DNA of 59,584 nucleotides from Macrostomum lignano (Eukaryota): NCBI GenBank assembly GCA_002269645.1, contig NIVC01001417.1, positions 1 to 59,584 of the forward strand, read 5' to 3'. Shown piece by piece: positions 23,690 to 36,478 of this stretch (position 1 is its first letter; each line of letters starts with the position of its first letter). The notes under the pieces were generated by a model. It saw only the letters and a program-made list of their open reading frames with translations, ran no database searches and was not told where the DNA came from. The position numbers and the translations under genes were made by a program.

Positions 23690-24590
23690 CTTATTTACTC
23701 AATTCACACAGTTCAATCGATTCACGCAATTCACCCTATTAACTTTATTCACAACATTCACTTACTCATCTATTTACCACATTCACCTCATTCACCTCAT
23801 TCACCTAGTAATCACATTCACATAAATCATTCATTCACCACATTCACTACATTTATCCCCATTCACAGTATTCACTTATTCATCCTTTCACCACATTCAC
23901 TTCATTCACCTATTCATCACATTCACTTAAATAAACGATTCACAACATTCACTTACTCATCCATTCACCACATTCACTAATTTACCACATTCTCAAAATT
24001 TATCCCCATTAATCCATTCACTATGTGACGCCTCATGGTTGCGCCACTTTTGATGCGTTTCTACTGACAAGTTTTTTAATGTACAAGTACAACTGTACTT
24101 ACTGATCAAAGCGTGGAGCCCTGCCCGGCCGGCCAGCGTGAGCTGTTTTAGCTTATTGGACTTGAATGAGATCTTTTTTTGCACGGCACGTTGCCCGTCA
24201 CTTGCGTGTCACAATATAAATATCATAGAAGAGGCTTGATGGCGTTAACAAGTCGTGAATCTCAGCCTAACAAAGTTGACTCTGAGTTTTTAATACGGAG
24301 CGATAAACGACATTCACCCCATTCACCCATTCACCAAATTTACCCCCATTCACCCCATTCATCTTATTCTCCGTTATTCACCCCATTCACCCACTCACCC
24401 CATTTATGCAATTCACCGCATTCACCGTTATTCACAATCATTCACCCCGTTGACCCCATTCACTATCATTCACCCCATTCATCCCATTCATCCCATTCAA
24501 CCATCAACTGCATTCACCCTCATTCACCATCATTCAGCCCATTCATCCCATTCATCCCATTCATCCCATTCAACCATCAACAACATTCAG
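23690..24590. repeat. Degenerate (ATTC/ATTCACCCC)-type low-complexity tracts
   Basis: Two degenerate tracts, about 23690-23990 and 24310-24590. Confidence 0.7.
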
Positions 24591-24644
24591 TGCTGTAACA
24601 ATGAATTTAATGAACAGTGCTGTGACATTATTTAGGGGAGTAGC

Positions 24645-27600
24645 TTCCCTCTCTCCCCTCTGCCTCTCACTCTCCCCTCTGCCTCTCACTCTCCCTCACT
24701 CCCCTCTGCCTCTCACTCTCCCTATCACTCTCCCTCTCACTCTCCCTCACTCCCCTCTGCCTCTCACTCTCCCTATCACTCTCCCTCACTCCCCTCTGCC
24801 TCTCACTCTCCCTCTCTCCCCTCTGCCTCTCACTCTCCCTCTCTCCCCTCTGCCTCTCACTCTCCCTCTCTCCCCTCTGCCTCTCACTCTCCCTCTCTCC
24901 CCTCTGCTCTCTCACTCTCCCTCTCTCCCCTCTGCCTCTCACTCTCCCTCACTCCCCTCTGCCTCTCACTCTCCCCTCTGCCTCTCACTCTCCCTCTCTC
25001 CCCTCTGCCTCTCATTCTCCCTCTCTCCCCTCTGCCTCTCACTCTCCCTCTCTCCCCTCTGCCTCTCACTCTCCCTCTCACTCTCCCTCACTCCCCTCTG
25101 CCTCTCACTCTCCCTCTCACTCTCCCTCACTCCCCTCTGCCTCTCACTCTCCCTCTCACTCTCCCTCACTCCCCTCTGCCTCTCACTCTCCCTCTCACTC
25201 TCCCTCACTCCCCCTGCCTCTCACTCTCCCTCTCACTCTCCCTCTCACTCTCCCTCACTCCCCTCTGCCTCTCACTCTCCCCTCTGCCTCTCACTCTCCC
25301 TCTCTCCCCTCTGCCTCTCTCTCCTCTCACTCTCCCTCTCACTCTCCCTCACTCCCCTCTGCCTCTCACTCTCCCTCTCACTCTCCCTCACTCCCCTCTG
25401 CCTCTCACTCTCCCTCTCACTCTCCCTCACTCCCCTCTGCCTCTCACTCTCCCTCTCACTCTCCCTCACTCCCCCTGCCTCTCACTCTCCCTCTCACTCT
25501 CCCTCACTCCCCTCTGCCTCTCACTCTCTCTCTCACTCTCCCTCTCACTCTCCCTCTCACTCTCCCTCTCACTCTCCCTCTCTCCCTCTCCCTCTCACTC
25601 TCCCTCTCACTCTCCCTCTCACTCTCCCTCTCACTCTCCCTCTCACTCTCCCTCACTCCCCTCTGCCTCTCACTCTCCCTCTCTCCCCTCTGCCTCTCAC
25701 TCTCCCTCTCTCCCCTCTGCCTCTCACTCTCCCTCTCTCCCCTCTGCTCTCTCACTCTCCCTCTCTCCCCTCTGCCTCTCACTCTCCCTCACTCCCCTCT
25801 GCCTCTCACTCTCCCCTCTGCCTCTCACTCTCCCTCTCCCCTCTGCCTCTCATTCTCCCTCTCTCCCTCTGCCTCTCACTCTCCCTCTCTCCCCTCTGCC
25901 TCTCACTCTCCCTCTCACTCTCCCTCACTCCCCTCTGCCTCTCACTCTCCCTCTCACTCTCCCTCACTCCCCTCTGCCTCTCACTCTCCCTCTCACTCTC
26001 CCTCACTCCCCTCTGCCTCTCACTCTCCCTCTCACTCTCCCTCACTCCCCCCTGCCTCTCACTCTCCCTCTCACTCTCCCTCTCACTCTCCCTCACTCCC
26101 CTCTGCCTCTCACTCTCCCCTCTGCCTCTCACTCTCCCTCTCTCCCCTCTGCCTCTCATTCTCCCTCTCTCCCCTCTGCCTCTCACTCTCCCTCTCACTC
26201 TCCCTCACTCCCCTCTGCCTCTCACTCTCCCTCTCACTCTCCCTCACTCCCCTCTGCCTCTCACTCTCCCTCTCACTCTCCCTCACTCCCCTCTGCCTCT
26301 CACTCTCCCTCTCACTCTCCCTCACTCCCCCCTGCCTCTCACTCTCCCTCTCACTCTCCCTCACTCCCCTCTGCCTCTCACTCTCCCTCTCACTCTCCCT
26401 CACTCCCCTCTGCCTCTCACTCTCCCTCTCTCCCCTCTGCCTCTCACTCTCCCTCTCTCCCCTCTGCCTCTCACTCTCCCTCTCTCCCCTCTGCCTCTCA
26501 CTCTCCCTCTCACTCTCCCTCACTCCCCTCTGCCTCTCACTCTCCCTCTCACTCTCCCTCACTCCCCTCTGCCTCTCACTCTCCCTCTCACTCTCCCTCA
26601 CTCCCCTCTGCCTCTCACTCTCCCTCTCACTCTCCCTCACTCCCCCCTGCCTCTCACTCTCCCTCTCACTCTCCCTCTCACTCTCCCTCACTCCCCTCTG
26701 CCTCTCACTCTCCCCTCTGCCTCTCACTCTCCCTCTCTCCCCTCTGCCTCTCATTCTCCCTCTCTCCCCTCTGCCTCTCACTCTCCCTCTCACTCTCCCT
26801 CACTCCCCTCTGCCTCTCACTCTCCCTCTCACTCTCCCTCACTCCCCTCTGCCTCTCACTCTCCCTCTCACTCTCCCTCACTCCCCTCTGCCTCTCACTC
26901 TCCCTCTCACTCTCCCTCACTCCCCTCTGCCTCTCACTCTCCCTCTCACTCTCCCTCTCACTCTCCCTCACTCCCCTCTGCCTCTCACTCTCCCTCTCAC
27001 TCTCCCTCTCACTCTCCCTCACTCCCCTCTGCCTCTCACTCTCCCTCTCACTCTCCCTCTCACTCTCCCTCTCACTCTCCCTCACTCCCCTCTGCCTCTC
27101 ACTCTCCCTCACTCCCCTCTGCCTCTCACTCTCCCTCTCTCCCCTCTGCCTCTCACTCTCCCTCTCACTCTCCCTCTCACTCTCCCTCACTCCCCTCTGC
27201 CTCTCACTCTCCCTCTCACTCTCCCTCACTCCCCTCTGCCTCTCACTCTCCCTCTCACTCTCCCTCTCACTCTCCCTCACTCCCCTCTGCCTCTCACTCT
27301 CCCTCTCACTCTCCCTCTCACTCTCCCTCTCACTCTCCCTCACTCCCTATGCCTCTCACTCTCCCTCACTCCCCTCTGCCTCTCACTCTCCCTCTCTCCC
27401 CTCTGCCTCTCACTCTCCCTCTCACTCTCCCTCTCACTCTCGCTCACTCCCCTCTGCCTCTCACTCTCCCTCTCACTCTCCCTCTCACTCTCCCTCTCAC
27501 TCTCCCTCTCTCCCCTCTGCCTCTCACTCTCCCTCTCACTCTTCCTCTCACTCTCCCTCACTCCCCTCTGCCTCTCACTCTCTCTCTCACTCTCCCTCTC

Positions 27601-27900
27601 ACTCTCCCTCTCACTCTCCCTCTCACTCTCCCTCTCTCCCCTCTCCCTCTCACTCTCCCTCTCACTCTCCCTCTCACTCTCCCTCTCACTCTCCCTCTCA
27701 CTCTCCCTCACTCCCCTCTGCCTCTCACTCTCCCTCTCTCCCCTCTGCCTCTCACTCTCCCTCTCTCCCCTCTGCCTCTCACTCTCGCTCTCTCCCCTCT
27801 GCCTCTCACTCTCCCTCTCTCCCCTCTGCCTCTCACTCTCCCTCTCTCCCCTCTGCCTCTCACTCTCCCTCTCTCCCCTCTGCCTCTCACTCTGCCTCTC
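24645..27900. repeat. 3.2-kb C/T-rich compound repeat (CTCTCACTCTCC / CCCTCTGCCT)
   Basis: Strongly strand-biased tandem array. Confidence 0.95.
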
Positions 27901-28509
27901 TTATCTCCTCTCCCTCTCCCTCGCTCTCTCTCACTCTTGCTCTCATTTTTACTCTCCCTCTTCCTGGACTTTCTGCCATTTCTTCTTTTCTTCCTAACCC
28001 AAATTTTGCAAATTCTTTCATTTAAAATTTTAATGGATTCCAACGCGGGCCAGAAGCAGAGCAGAAGTTGAGCTGAGCACAGCTGAGCAAATTCTGTTCC
28101 AAACAGTAAGTCGTCAACTACTTGACAACCCGCTGCCAGAATCCAGGCAGCCTCATCCTTAAGTGCGTGACCCTCTGCTCATCGACTCCCATAACGAGTC
28201 CCAGATTCGAGCCTTGGCCACGCAAGTAACAGCGGCAGCGGCGGCAGCTACAGTCGAAGGGCGAGAGGGGTGTGTGGGTCGCCATCTCGTCGCACATTGC
28301 TGCTTTTGATACGTTTTGAGAGGATCTGCTTTCGGCACAAAAGGCTGCAGCGGCCGCTGCTACATATCCAAAGGAAAATTATTTTTTGTAGTTAAACTGA
28401 ATAGTTCAGTGACTGAGGTACTGACTGTACTACCTCAGTTGGATGACCAAACTTAGAAATTCTCAGCAGAGTGACTCAATCAGCGAGTACTTTCAGATAT
28501 ATATTTCCT

Positions 28510-29730
28510 CCTGACTCTTGTCACTCCTGACTCTTGTCACTCCTGACTCTTGTCACTCATGACTCTTGTCACTCATGACTCTTGTCTCTCCTGACTCTTG
28601 TCATTCATGACTCTTGTCATTCCTGACTCTTGTCACTCTTGACTCTTGTCACTCATGACTCTCAAATCCTGACTCTTGTCACTCATGACTCTCAAATCCT
28701 GACTCTTGTCACTCCTGACTCTTGTCACTCCTGACTCTTGTCACTTCTGACTCTTGTCACTCCTGACTCTTGTCACTTCTGACTCTTTTCACTCCTGACT
28801 CTCGTCACTGCTGACTCTTGTCACTCCTGACTCTTTTCACTGCTGACTCTTTTCACTTCTGACTCTTGTCACTCCTGACTCTTGTCACTCATGACTCTTC
28901 GCACTCCTGACTCTTCGCACTCCTGACTCTAGTCACTTCTGAATCTTGTCACTTCTGACTCTTTTCGCTCCTGACTCTTCTCACTTCTGACTCTTGTCAC
29001 TCCTGACTCTTCGCACTCCTGACTCTCGTTACTGCTGAATCTTGTCACTCCTGACTCTTTTCACTGCTGACTCTTTTCACTTCTGACTCTTGTCACTCCT
29101 GACTCTTGTCACTTCTGACTCTTGTCACTCCTGACTCTTCGCACTCCTGACTCTAGTCACTTCTGAATCTTGTCACTTCTGACTCTTTTCGCTCCTGAAT
29201 CTCGTCACTGCTGACTCTTGTCACTTCTGACTCTTGTCACTCCTGACTCTTCGCACTCCTGACTCTAGTCACTTCTGAATCTTGTCACTTCTGACTCTTT
29301 TCGCTCCTGACTCTCGTCACTGCTGACTCTTGTCACTCCTGACTCTTGTCACTTCTGACTCCTGTCACTCCTGACTCTTCGCACTCCTGACTCTTTTCAC
29401 TGCTGACTCTTTTCACCTTCTGACTCTTGTCACTCCTGACTCTTCTCACTCATGACTCTTTTCACTCCTGACTCTTGTCACTTATGACTCTTGTCACTCC
29501 TGACTCTCAAATCCGGACTCTTCGCACTCCTGACTCTTGTCACTCCTGACTCTCAAATCCGGACTCTTCGCACTCCTGACTCTTGTCACTCTTGACTCTC
29601 AAATCCGGACTCTTCGCACTCCTGACTCTTGTCACTCCTGACTCTTCGCTCCTGACTCTCGTCACTGCTGACTCTTGTCACTCCTGACTCTTTTCACTGC
29701 TGACTCTTTTCAATCCTGACTCTGTTCACT
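28510..29730. repeat. 16-bp minisatellite (TGACTCTTGTCACTCC)n
   Basis: Visible tandem copies. Confidence 0.95.
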
Positions 29731-30323
29731 TCTGGATCTTTTCATTCAATCACATACTTGGATATTAGTTATGAAGGCTATCAAAACAATTATTTGTGTA
29801 ATTCTTCGCTACTGTATCTGAAGCTATTAAAACTACTATGTAGTATATTATTATGCTACTTGAAGTAACCTGAGCTGGACATACTTTCAGATCGGGTGGG
29901 TGGCCTTAAAAGGACAGAGGTCCAAACATGAGGCCGCCGGCAAAGACGCAGCTGATGCCTTTAATGCCATCAAGAATTAAGGAACTGAACTGAAGTACAC
30001 TAAGGCATTAATACATCTAAATCAAGTCATTAATACATCAACACCAAGGCATCAATCAATACAAGCGGTAAAAGTAACGTATTTTCTTATCTGAACCTAT
30101 TAGAATAAGAAAAAATTTCAATTGAGGCATTTTAAGACTTAGAAATTAGCAATGAAAAAAGAAATTTTGCTTCTGTGTTAACCTGAGTAGATAAAGATTG
30201 AGGTTCCAACCCCCAACTACATCAGCAAAAACTGACGGATATGCTTTATCAGAAAATTTTTCTCATTTTCTGAGCCGCGTAGTACCAAGAAAGTATAGCT
30301 GTCCCTCTGTCTGTCTGTCAGCA

Positions 30324-30612
30324 GCCAGCACCGGGGGCGCCAGCACCGGGGGCGCCAGCACCGGGGGCGCCAGCACCGGGGGCGCCAGCACCGGGGGCGC
30401 CAGCACCGGGGGCGCCAGCACCGGGGGCGCCAGCACCGGGGGCGCCAGCACCGGGGCGCCAGCACCGGGGGCGCCAGCACCGGGGGCGCCAGCACCGGGG
30501 GCGCCAGCACCGGGGGCGCCAGCACCGGGGGCGCCAGCACCGGGGGCGCCAGCACCGGGGGCGCCAGCACCGGGGGCGCCAGCACCGGGGGCGCCAGCAC
30601 CGGGGGCGCCAG
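30324..30612. repeat. Near-perfect 15-bp GC-rich repeat (GCCAGCACCGGGGGC) x about 19
   Basis: Identical copies except one lacking a G. Confidence 0.95.
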
Positions 30613-31684
30613 CCACTTAAGAAGTTAAATGTGACCAGGCCGGACACGTAGGACCAAGCGATTCTGGGGCCAGTGAGCTGGATGTCAATGTGGTGTCAAA
30701 CATGCAAATCACCGGCGTTAATCAGGAAAATCTGGCGACGGCGAAGTTTAGCTTTAACAACTGCACCTTCTCCGAATGCAAATTCGTTTGATAAATAAGA
30801 CAGCTAATGATATGAAGCTTAATACGACTTGATAGTACTTTACCATAACTAATTTGAAATAAATTGTTGCTTTGTTTGTTTGGTTTGCCCTTTAAATTAA
30901 AATTGCCGTTTGTCTTACAGTTAATGACCGGTGAAATGCAGCTACTATGAAGCACGAATTCAAGTTAATGGCCAAATTGCCACTCGTGCGCGTGCTTCAT
31001 ATTAACCTACCATTGATATTCCTGATGAAGCGTAGACTTTTTGTCAGGGTGAGGCTGCATTCGGTGCAGCTTGGTTTGCAAGGACTCTGAAGTGATCTAT
31101 TCTAGTCTTTTTATAGAGCTTTCTTACGTTTCTACTGTGTTTAATCTTGCGTATAATATATGGCGGAAGCTGCTCCCCTGGGATCCCGATCGGGAACACA
31201 ACTTCCGCAAAATTGTTTTGCTGATTTCTTCTGTAAGCTTCTCAGCGGCTTCATCTAGTTCTACTGGAGTGCGAATTCAAGAACGTGTAATGCTGCAGTT
31301 CTCAAGGCCAGCTTCCCAAGGCCAGCTTGGAGTTGGGATCAAGATACACATCAATTATAATCGGGGAGATGTTCACTGTCCAGATTATAACCTACCTGAA
31401 CGTCACTAACTATAGCTGCATGGGCCAAGTTAGGAAAGCACATGCCTAGGTTGAGCAATATCTCACGTGCTTTCTCTCTATCCTATTTAGAATTGCTAGC
31501 AATAAAACAAGTAGGTGGGTCAGCCTCCATTGTCCCAGGCTGCTCTCTCAATGCACAGCTTTGAGTGTGAAGCTGCTGCAGGGTCACAAGAGCTACAATT
31601 CCATCTCAGTGCCCGCACGTGTTCGTGAGGCTTTCGTGGCAAAACAAGCTGCTTCTTGCTTGGCACGTGAAATAAAACAGGGTT

Positions 31685-31692
31685 TATATAAA
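31685..31692 (+). promoter_or_regulatory. TATA box (TATATAAA) of the small secreted-peptide gene
   Basis: About 90 nt upstream of the ATG at 31783; CACGTG E-box at 31664-31669. Confidence 0.6.
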
Positions 31693-31782
31693 GCGGTGCA
31701 GCTGTGAGCCCCAAGCAAGGCAGACAGACAGTCGACACTGCATAGTCCTCAGACACGACCTGAGCAAGTCGAAAGCCAAAAC

Positions 31783-32001
31783 ATGAAGTGGCAGTTCTTC
31801 CTGACCTTCCTATTTTGCCTCTCCATCGCTGCTGTTCAAATCTCAGCCTCCGAGCAGCTGGATGATGACGAGTCCGACAACTACCTGGTCGAGTCGGATC
31901 AGGCTGACGAGCTCAGCGACCTGCCGGCCCCGGAGAACGTGGAGGAGTCCAACTGGGATGAGCAGGCTGCTCCCCAGGCAAAGGCCCGGATCGGGAAATG
32001 A
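31783..32001 (+). CDS. 72-aa secreted prepropeptide (signal peptide, acidic pro-region, basic C-terminus)
   Basis: CAAAACATG start context; MKWQFFLTFLFCLSIAAVQISA signal; DDDESD...EESNWDE acidic tract; ends PQAKARIGK*. Confidence 0.75.
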   Translation: MKWQFFLTFLFCLSIAAVQISASEQLDDDESDNYLVESDQADELSDLPAPENVEESNWDEQAAPQAKARIGK

Positions 32002-32349
32002 ATCCTGAGCCCGAAGACCTTCATCAGTTTAACCCGAAATGCGAGTGGGGAATGTTATCAAGATTTTTTCTGTGTGTGAATCTTTTTGTTGAATAACTTT
32101 TTCAATGTTAGCCTATGCATTAACTTTCATTAACTTTTATTGACTAAACTGCGGTACCATCGACTGGAGTAGCAAATGTAGTTAGCTAAGTAAAGTTATG
32201 CTATCAATAATCACAAACTTAGCGATTTTTTATATCACCAAAAGATCTTATAAATACACACGAAAATTTACTTTGAATATATGTCTGACAAAAATGATGC
32301 AGGCATTGCTTTGGTGCCTTGATTACTTTTTGCCTTTTATTGGCAACTA

Positions 32350-33665
<1,316 letters not shown>

Positions 33666-34539
33666 CGTCTGTCTCTCTATCTATCAGAGTTAAACAAGTG
33701 AGACGAACTTGGCGGGCCAGAGGCCGCCTACTCCGTGCTAAATAAAGGCACCTAAACCGGGGGTACGTGACCTAGGCACGGCCCACCACCCCCGCACCAA
33801 CGCACAAGAGCCACGCCCCACTGGATTAACACCCAACCACGCTACGCCCGGTCGGACAAGCAAATTCGCAAGCAAAGCACAATCGAACACCAAAAATACG
33901 AGCATTACGATGCAATAAATTGGTCTCAACAAAAATCTGACATCTACTTGAAGCACAAAACCAGTCACCAGCATAAACCGTCTCTCTATCTTTGTATTTG
34001 AGTTATTGCACACCGCCCTATAAATTTTCACTGAGCCTTGGGGAATACAAAGCCAAATATACATACGCAAAATGAGGACAACTTTTCGTTATGAACTAGG
34101 GAAACTCTTCAGCAATGTCGTTTAGGAAATTTGAAACTCAAGCACGTTTGATGTTATCATTTTTAAACTAGACAAATCATCGCAAAAATTTCCAGGATTC
34201 TTTTTGAACATTTAGTACGTTAAACAGACAAAGAAACCAAAGCGTGAACTGAGACAAAATGCAAGTCTGGCAGAGCAAAAAACTGAATTACAAACAGTTA
34301 ACAACATAAATTATTAAAGCAACACAATTTTTCCTGCTTCAGAATAAAATAAGGCGGCAGAGTATGAAATTTGAGGATACAGAGAATTTATGTAATAAAA
34401 TACATCACTGCATAGATCAGCTGACTGCAGGCTTAAAATATATTTTTTAGGGCGTTGAACGAAAGAATCGAGTTCATTTGTTGGTGACACGGGGTTGACA
34501 CGACTCTCCGAGTCTCGACGGATAGAGAGTTAACGGCCT

Positions 34540-35030
34540 GATAAGGAGCTGGAGTGTACATTGGGAGTAAGGAGGCTGACGGCTTAGGAAGGAGTATGAA
34601 TGTACATTGGGGGCAAGAGGGTTGATGGCCCAGGAAGGACTTTGAATGTACATTGGGGGTAAGGATGGCCCAGGAAGGAGTGTGAATGTACATTGGGGGT
34701 AAGACTGTTGATGGCCCAGAAAGGACTGTGAATGTACATTGGGGGTAAGAGGGATGATGGCCCAGAAAGAAGTGTGAATGTACATTGGGGGTAAGTGGGT
34801 TGACGGCCCAGGAAGGAGTGTGAATGTACATTGGGGGAAACAGGATTGACGGCCCAGGAAGGAGTGTGTGAATGTACATTGGGGGTAAGAGGGTTGACGG
34901 CCCAGGAGGGAGTGTGAATGTACATTGGGGGTAAGAGAGTTTACGGCCCAGGAAGGAGTGTGATTGTTCATTGGGGGCAAGAGGATTGACCGTCAGGGCT
35001 GGGAAGATGGGTGAGCGCGAGCGTACATTG
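34540..35030. repeat. About 46-bp degenerate repeat (GAGTGTGAATGTACATTGGGGGTAAG...)
   Basis: About 10 diverged copies. Confidence 0.85.
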
Positions 35031-35197
35031 GGGCAAAGAGCATTTGCACACTAAAAGGATAACAAATAATAAACGGTGCAAGGAACAACATGAAAAGATA
35101 GGCACTACATGTATGAACTGGATAAAACAGAGACGAGTTGGAATTTAAAACTAGATTCTTTCGTTAAAAAAACACGCGAATGAATGAATGAATCGAT

Positions 35198-35638
35198 TTA
35201 GTTAATAATATTTCCGGCAATCTGTTGCGGCCCACCGCCGCTGCGTCCGTGCGCTTCAAAGCAACCCATCGGATAGGCGGCCACAGTGCTATTAACCAGA
35301 TTAACTAGCAGATCCAAGCAGCCTCTTAATCGAGTCTTGTGTTCGCTATGCAGCATTACAGTATAGCTGGTGTTGCGAAAGCTGGCGCACAATTCCAAGG
35401 CAGAACCGGCGCAGAGCACGGGCGGTCTGGCCGCCCCCAGTAGCTGTTCAACCACCACCGTACCGCTATTCGCTAGCACTATTCTAGTGCGCAATGATTT
35501 GCGATGAACCTCGTAACGAAAATCGATGCACACAGTCTGTTCGAGGCGGATTGGCCGGAGGGCCACGCGGGCGCAGCAATGGCACAGTTCGGAGATGCTG
35601 CCGCACCGACAGCTGCCAGCGTTCGCGTCAAAGTCGGG
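35198..35638 (-). CDS. DUF4773-like cysteine-rich domain, exon 2 (acceptor position uncertain)
   Basis: Cys pattern CRC..LCHCC..VC..Y...AARPPVLC..LCASF...GCL...MGCF recalls DUF4773; in-frame tccag acceptor at 35639-35641. Confidence 0.65.
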   Translation of the reverse strand, partial: PDFDANAGSCRCGSISELCHCCARVALRPIRLEQTVCIDFRYEVHRKSLRTRIVLANSGTVVVEQLLGAARPPVLCAGSALELCASFRNTSYTVMLHSEHKTRLRGCLDLLVNLVNSTVAAYPMGCFEAHGRSGGGPQQIAGNIIN

Positions 35639-35719
35639 CTGGATTGACACCATATAAGCCTTGATAGGGTGGGTTGTCGGGTGGCGCATTGGTCACGAGT
35701 GAGGACCAGTTCTGAGGCA

Positions 35720-36030
35720 ATTGTTGGGGAGCGGATTAGGGGCGATTCTTGGTGAGCGGAGTAGGGGCGATTCTTGGGGAGCGGAGTAGGGGCGATTCTT
35801 TGGGAGCGGATTAGGGGTGATTCTTGGTGAGGACTGACGGGCCATTATCGTGGAGCTACTGAGGAGCGATTGTTCTGAAGCGGATTAGAGGGCAGTTTTT
35901 GAGGAGCGGATTAGGGGCGATTCTTAGGGAGCAGATTAGGGGCGATTGTTCTGAAGCGGATTAGGGGCAGTTTTTGAGGAGCGGATTAGGGGCGATTCTT
36001 GTGGAGCTACTGACGGGCGATTATTGTGGA
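35720..36030. repeat. About 24-bp repeat (GAGCGGATTAGGGGCGATTCTT..) filling the DUF4773-gene intron
   Basis: Visible diverged copies. Confidence 0.8.
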
Positions 36031-36082
36031 GCTACTTCAAGCCAGATTAGCATTCAATTTAACTGCTGTGTTAATTATTTAC

Positions 36083-36478
36083 CAGCGTCTTGTGCGCAGT
36101 CTTCTGCAGTTCCATCATCTGCATTGTATCAGCCAGCAGTTCCGCTAGTCGGGCCTGAGACACATTGTAATTGAAAGCAAAATGTCTGGAAGCTGGTCCA
36201 ATTAAGACTTGACCAGCGCCAATCAATGATGAGGCATTGCCCTTTAAATTTCCCCGCAGTTTATTGTAGAAAGCTTTGGCATAGCCTAGACGAGAAGAAT
36301 CTGTATGACCATTACTATTGGCGGCGTCAAGATCAGAATTGATGCTGCTGCCATCACTGGCCCCAATCCATGCATAATGCAGCATTATTAATGCCATTGC
36401 GCAGAGCAGAATGCACAGCAGAAAGTTTTGCTTGCAACAGAAGAAACGCTTGCAGCAACGAAAGCTTAAGCGAGGCAT
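36083..36478 (-). CDS. Exon 1 of the DUF4773-like gene: short Cys-rich N-tail, signal-anchor TM and stem
   Basis: MPRLSFRCCKRFFCCKQNFLLCILLCAMALIMLHYAWIG...HKTL|gtaaat, phase 0. Confidence 0.65.

Noticed and set aside
24601-28071. 1156-aa S/L/P/H ORF and antisense RES/RGR ORFs
   Set aside because: Stop-free C/T repeat; no non-repetitive coding context
28050-28300. 55-aa minus-strand ORF (MATHTPLSPFDCSCRRC...) and a plus-strand GTAAGT donor near 28107
   Set aside because: No homology recognised and conflicting orientation; insufficient support
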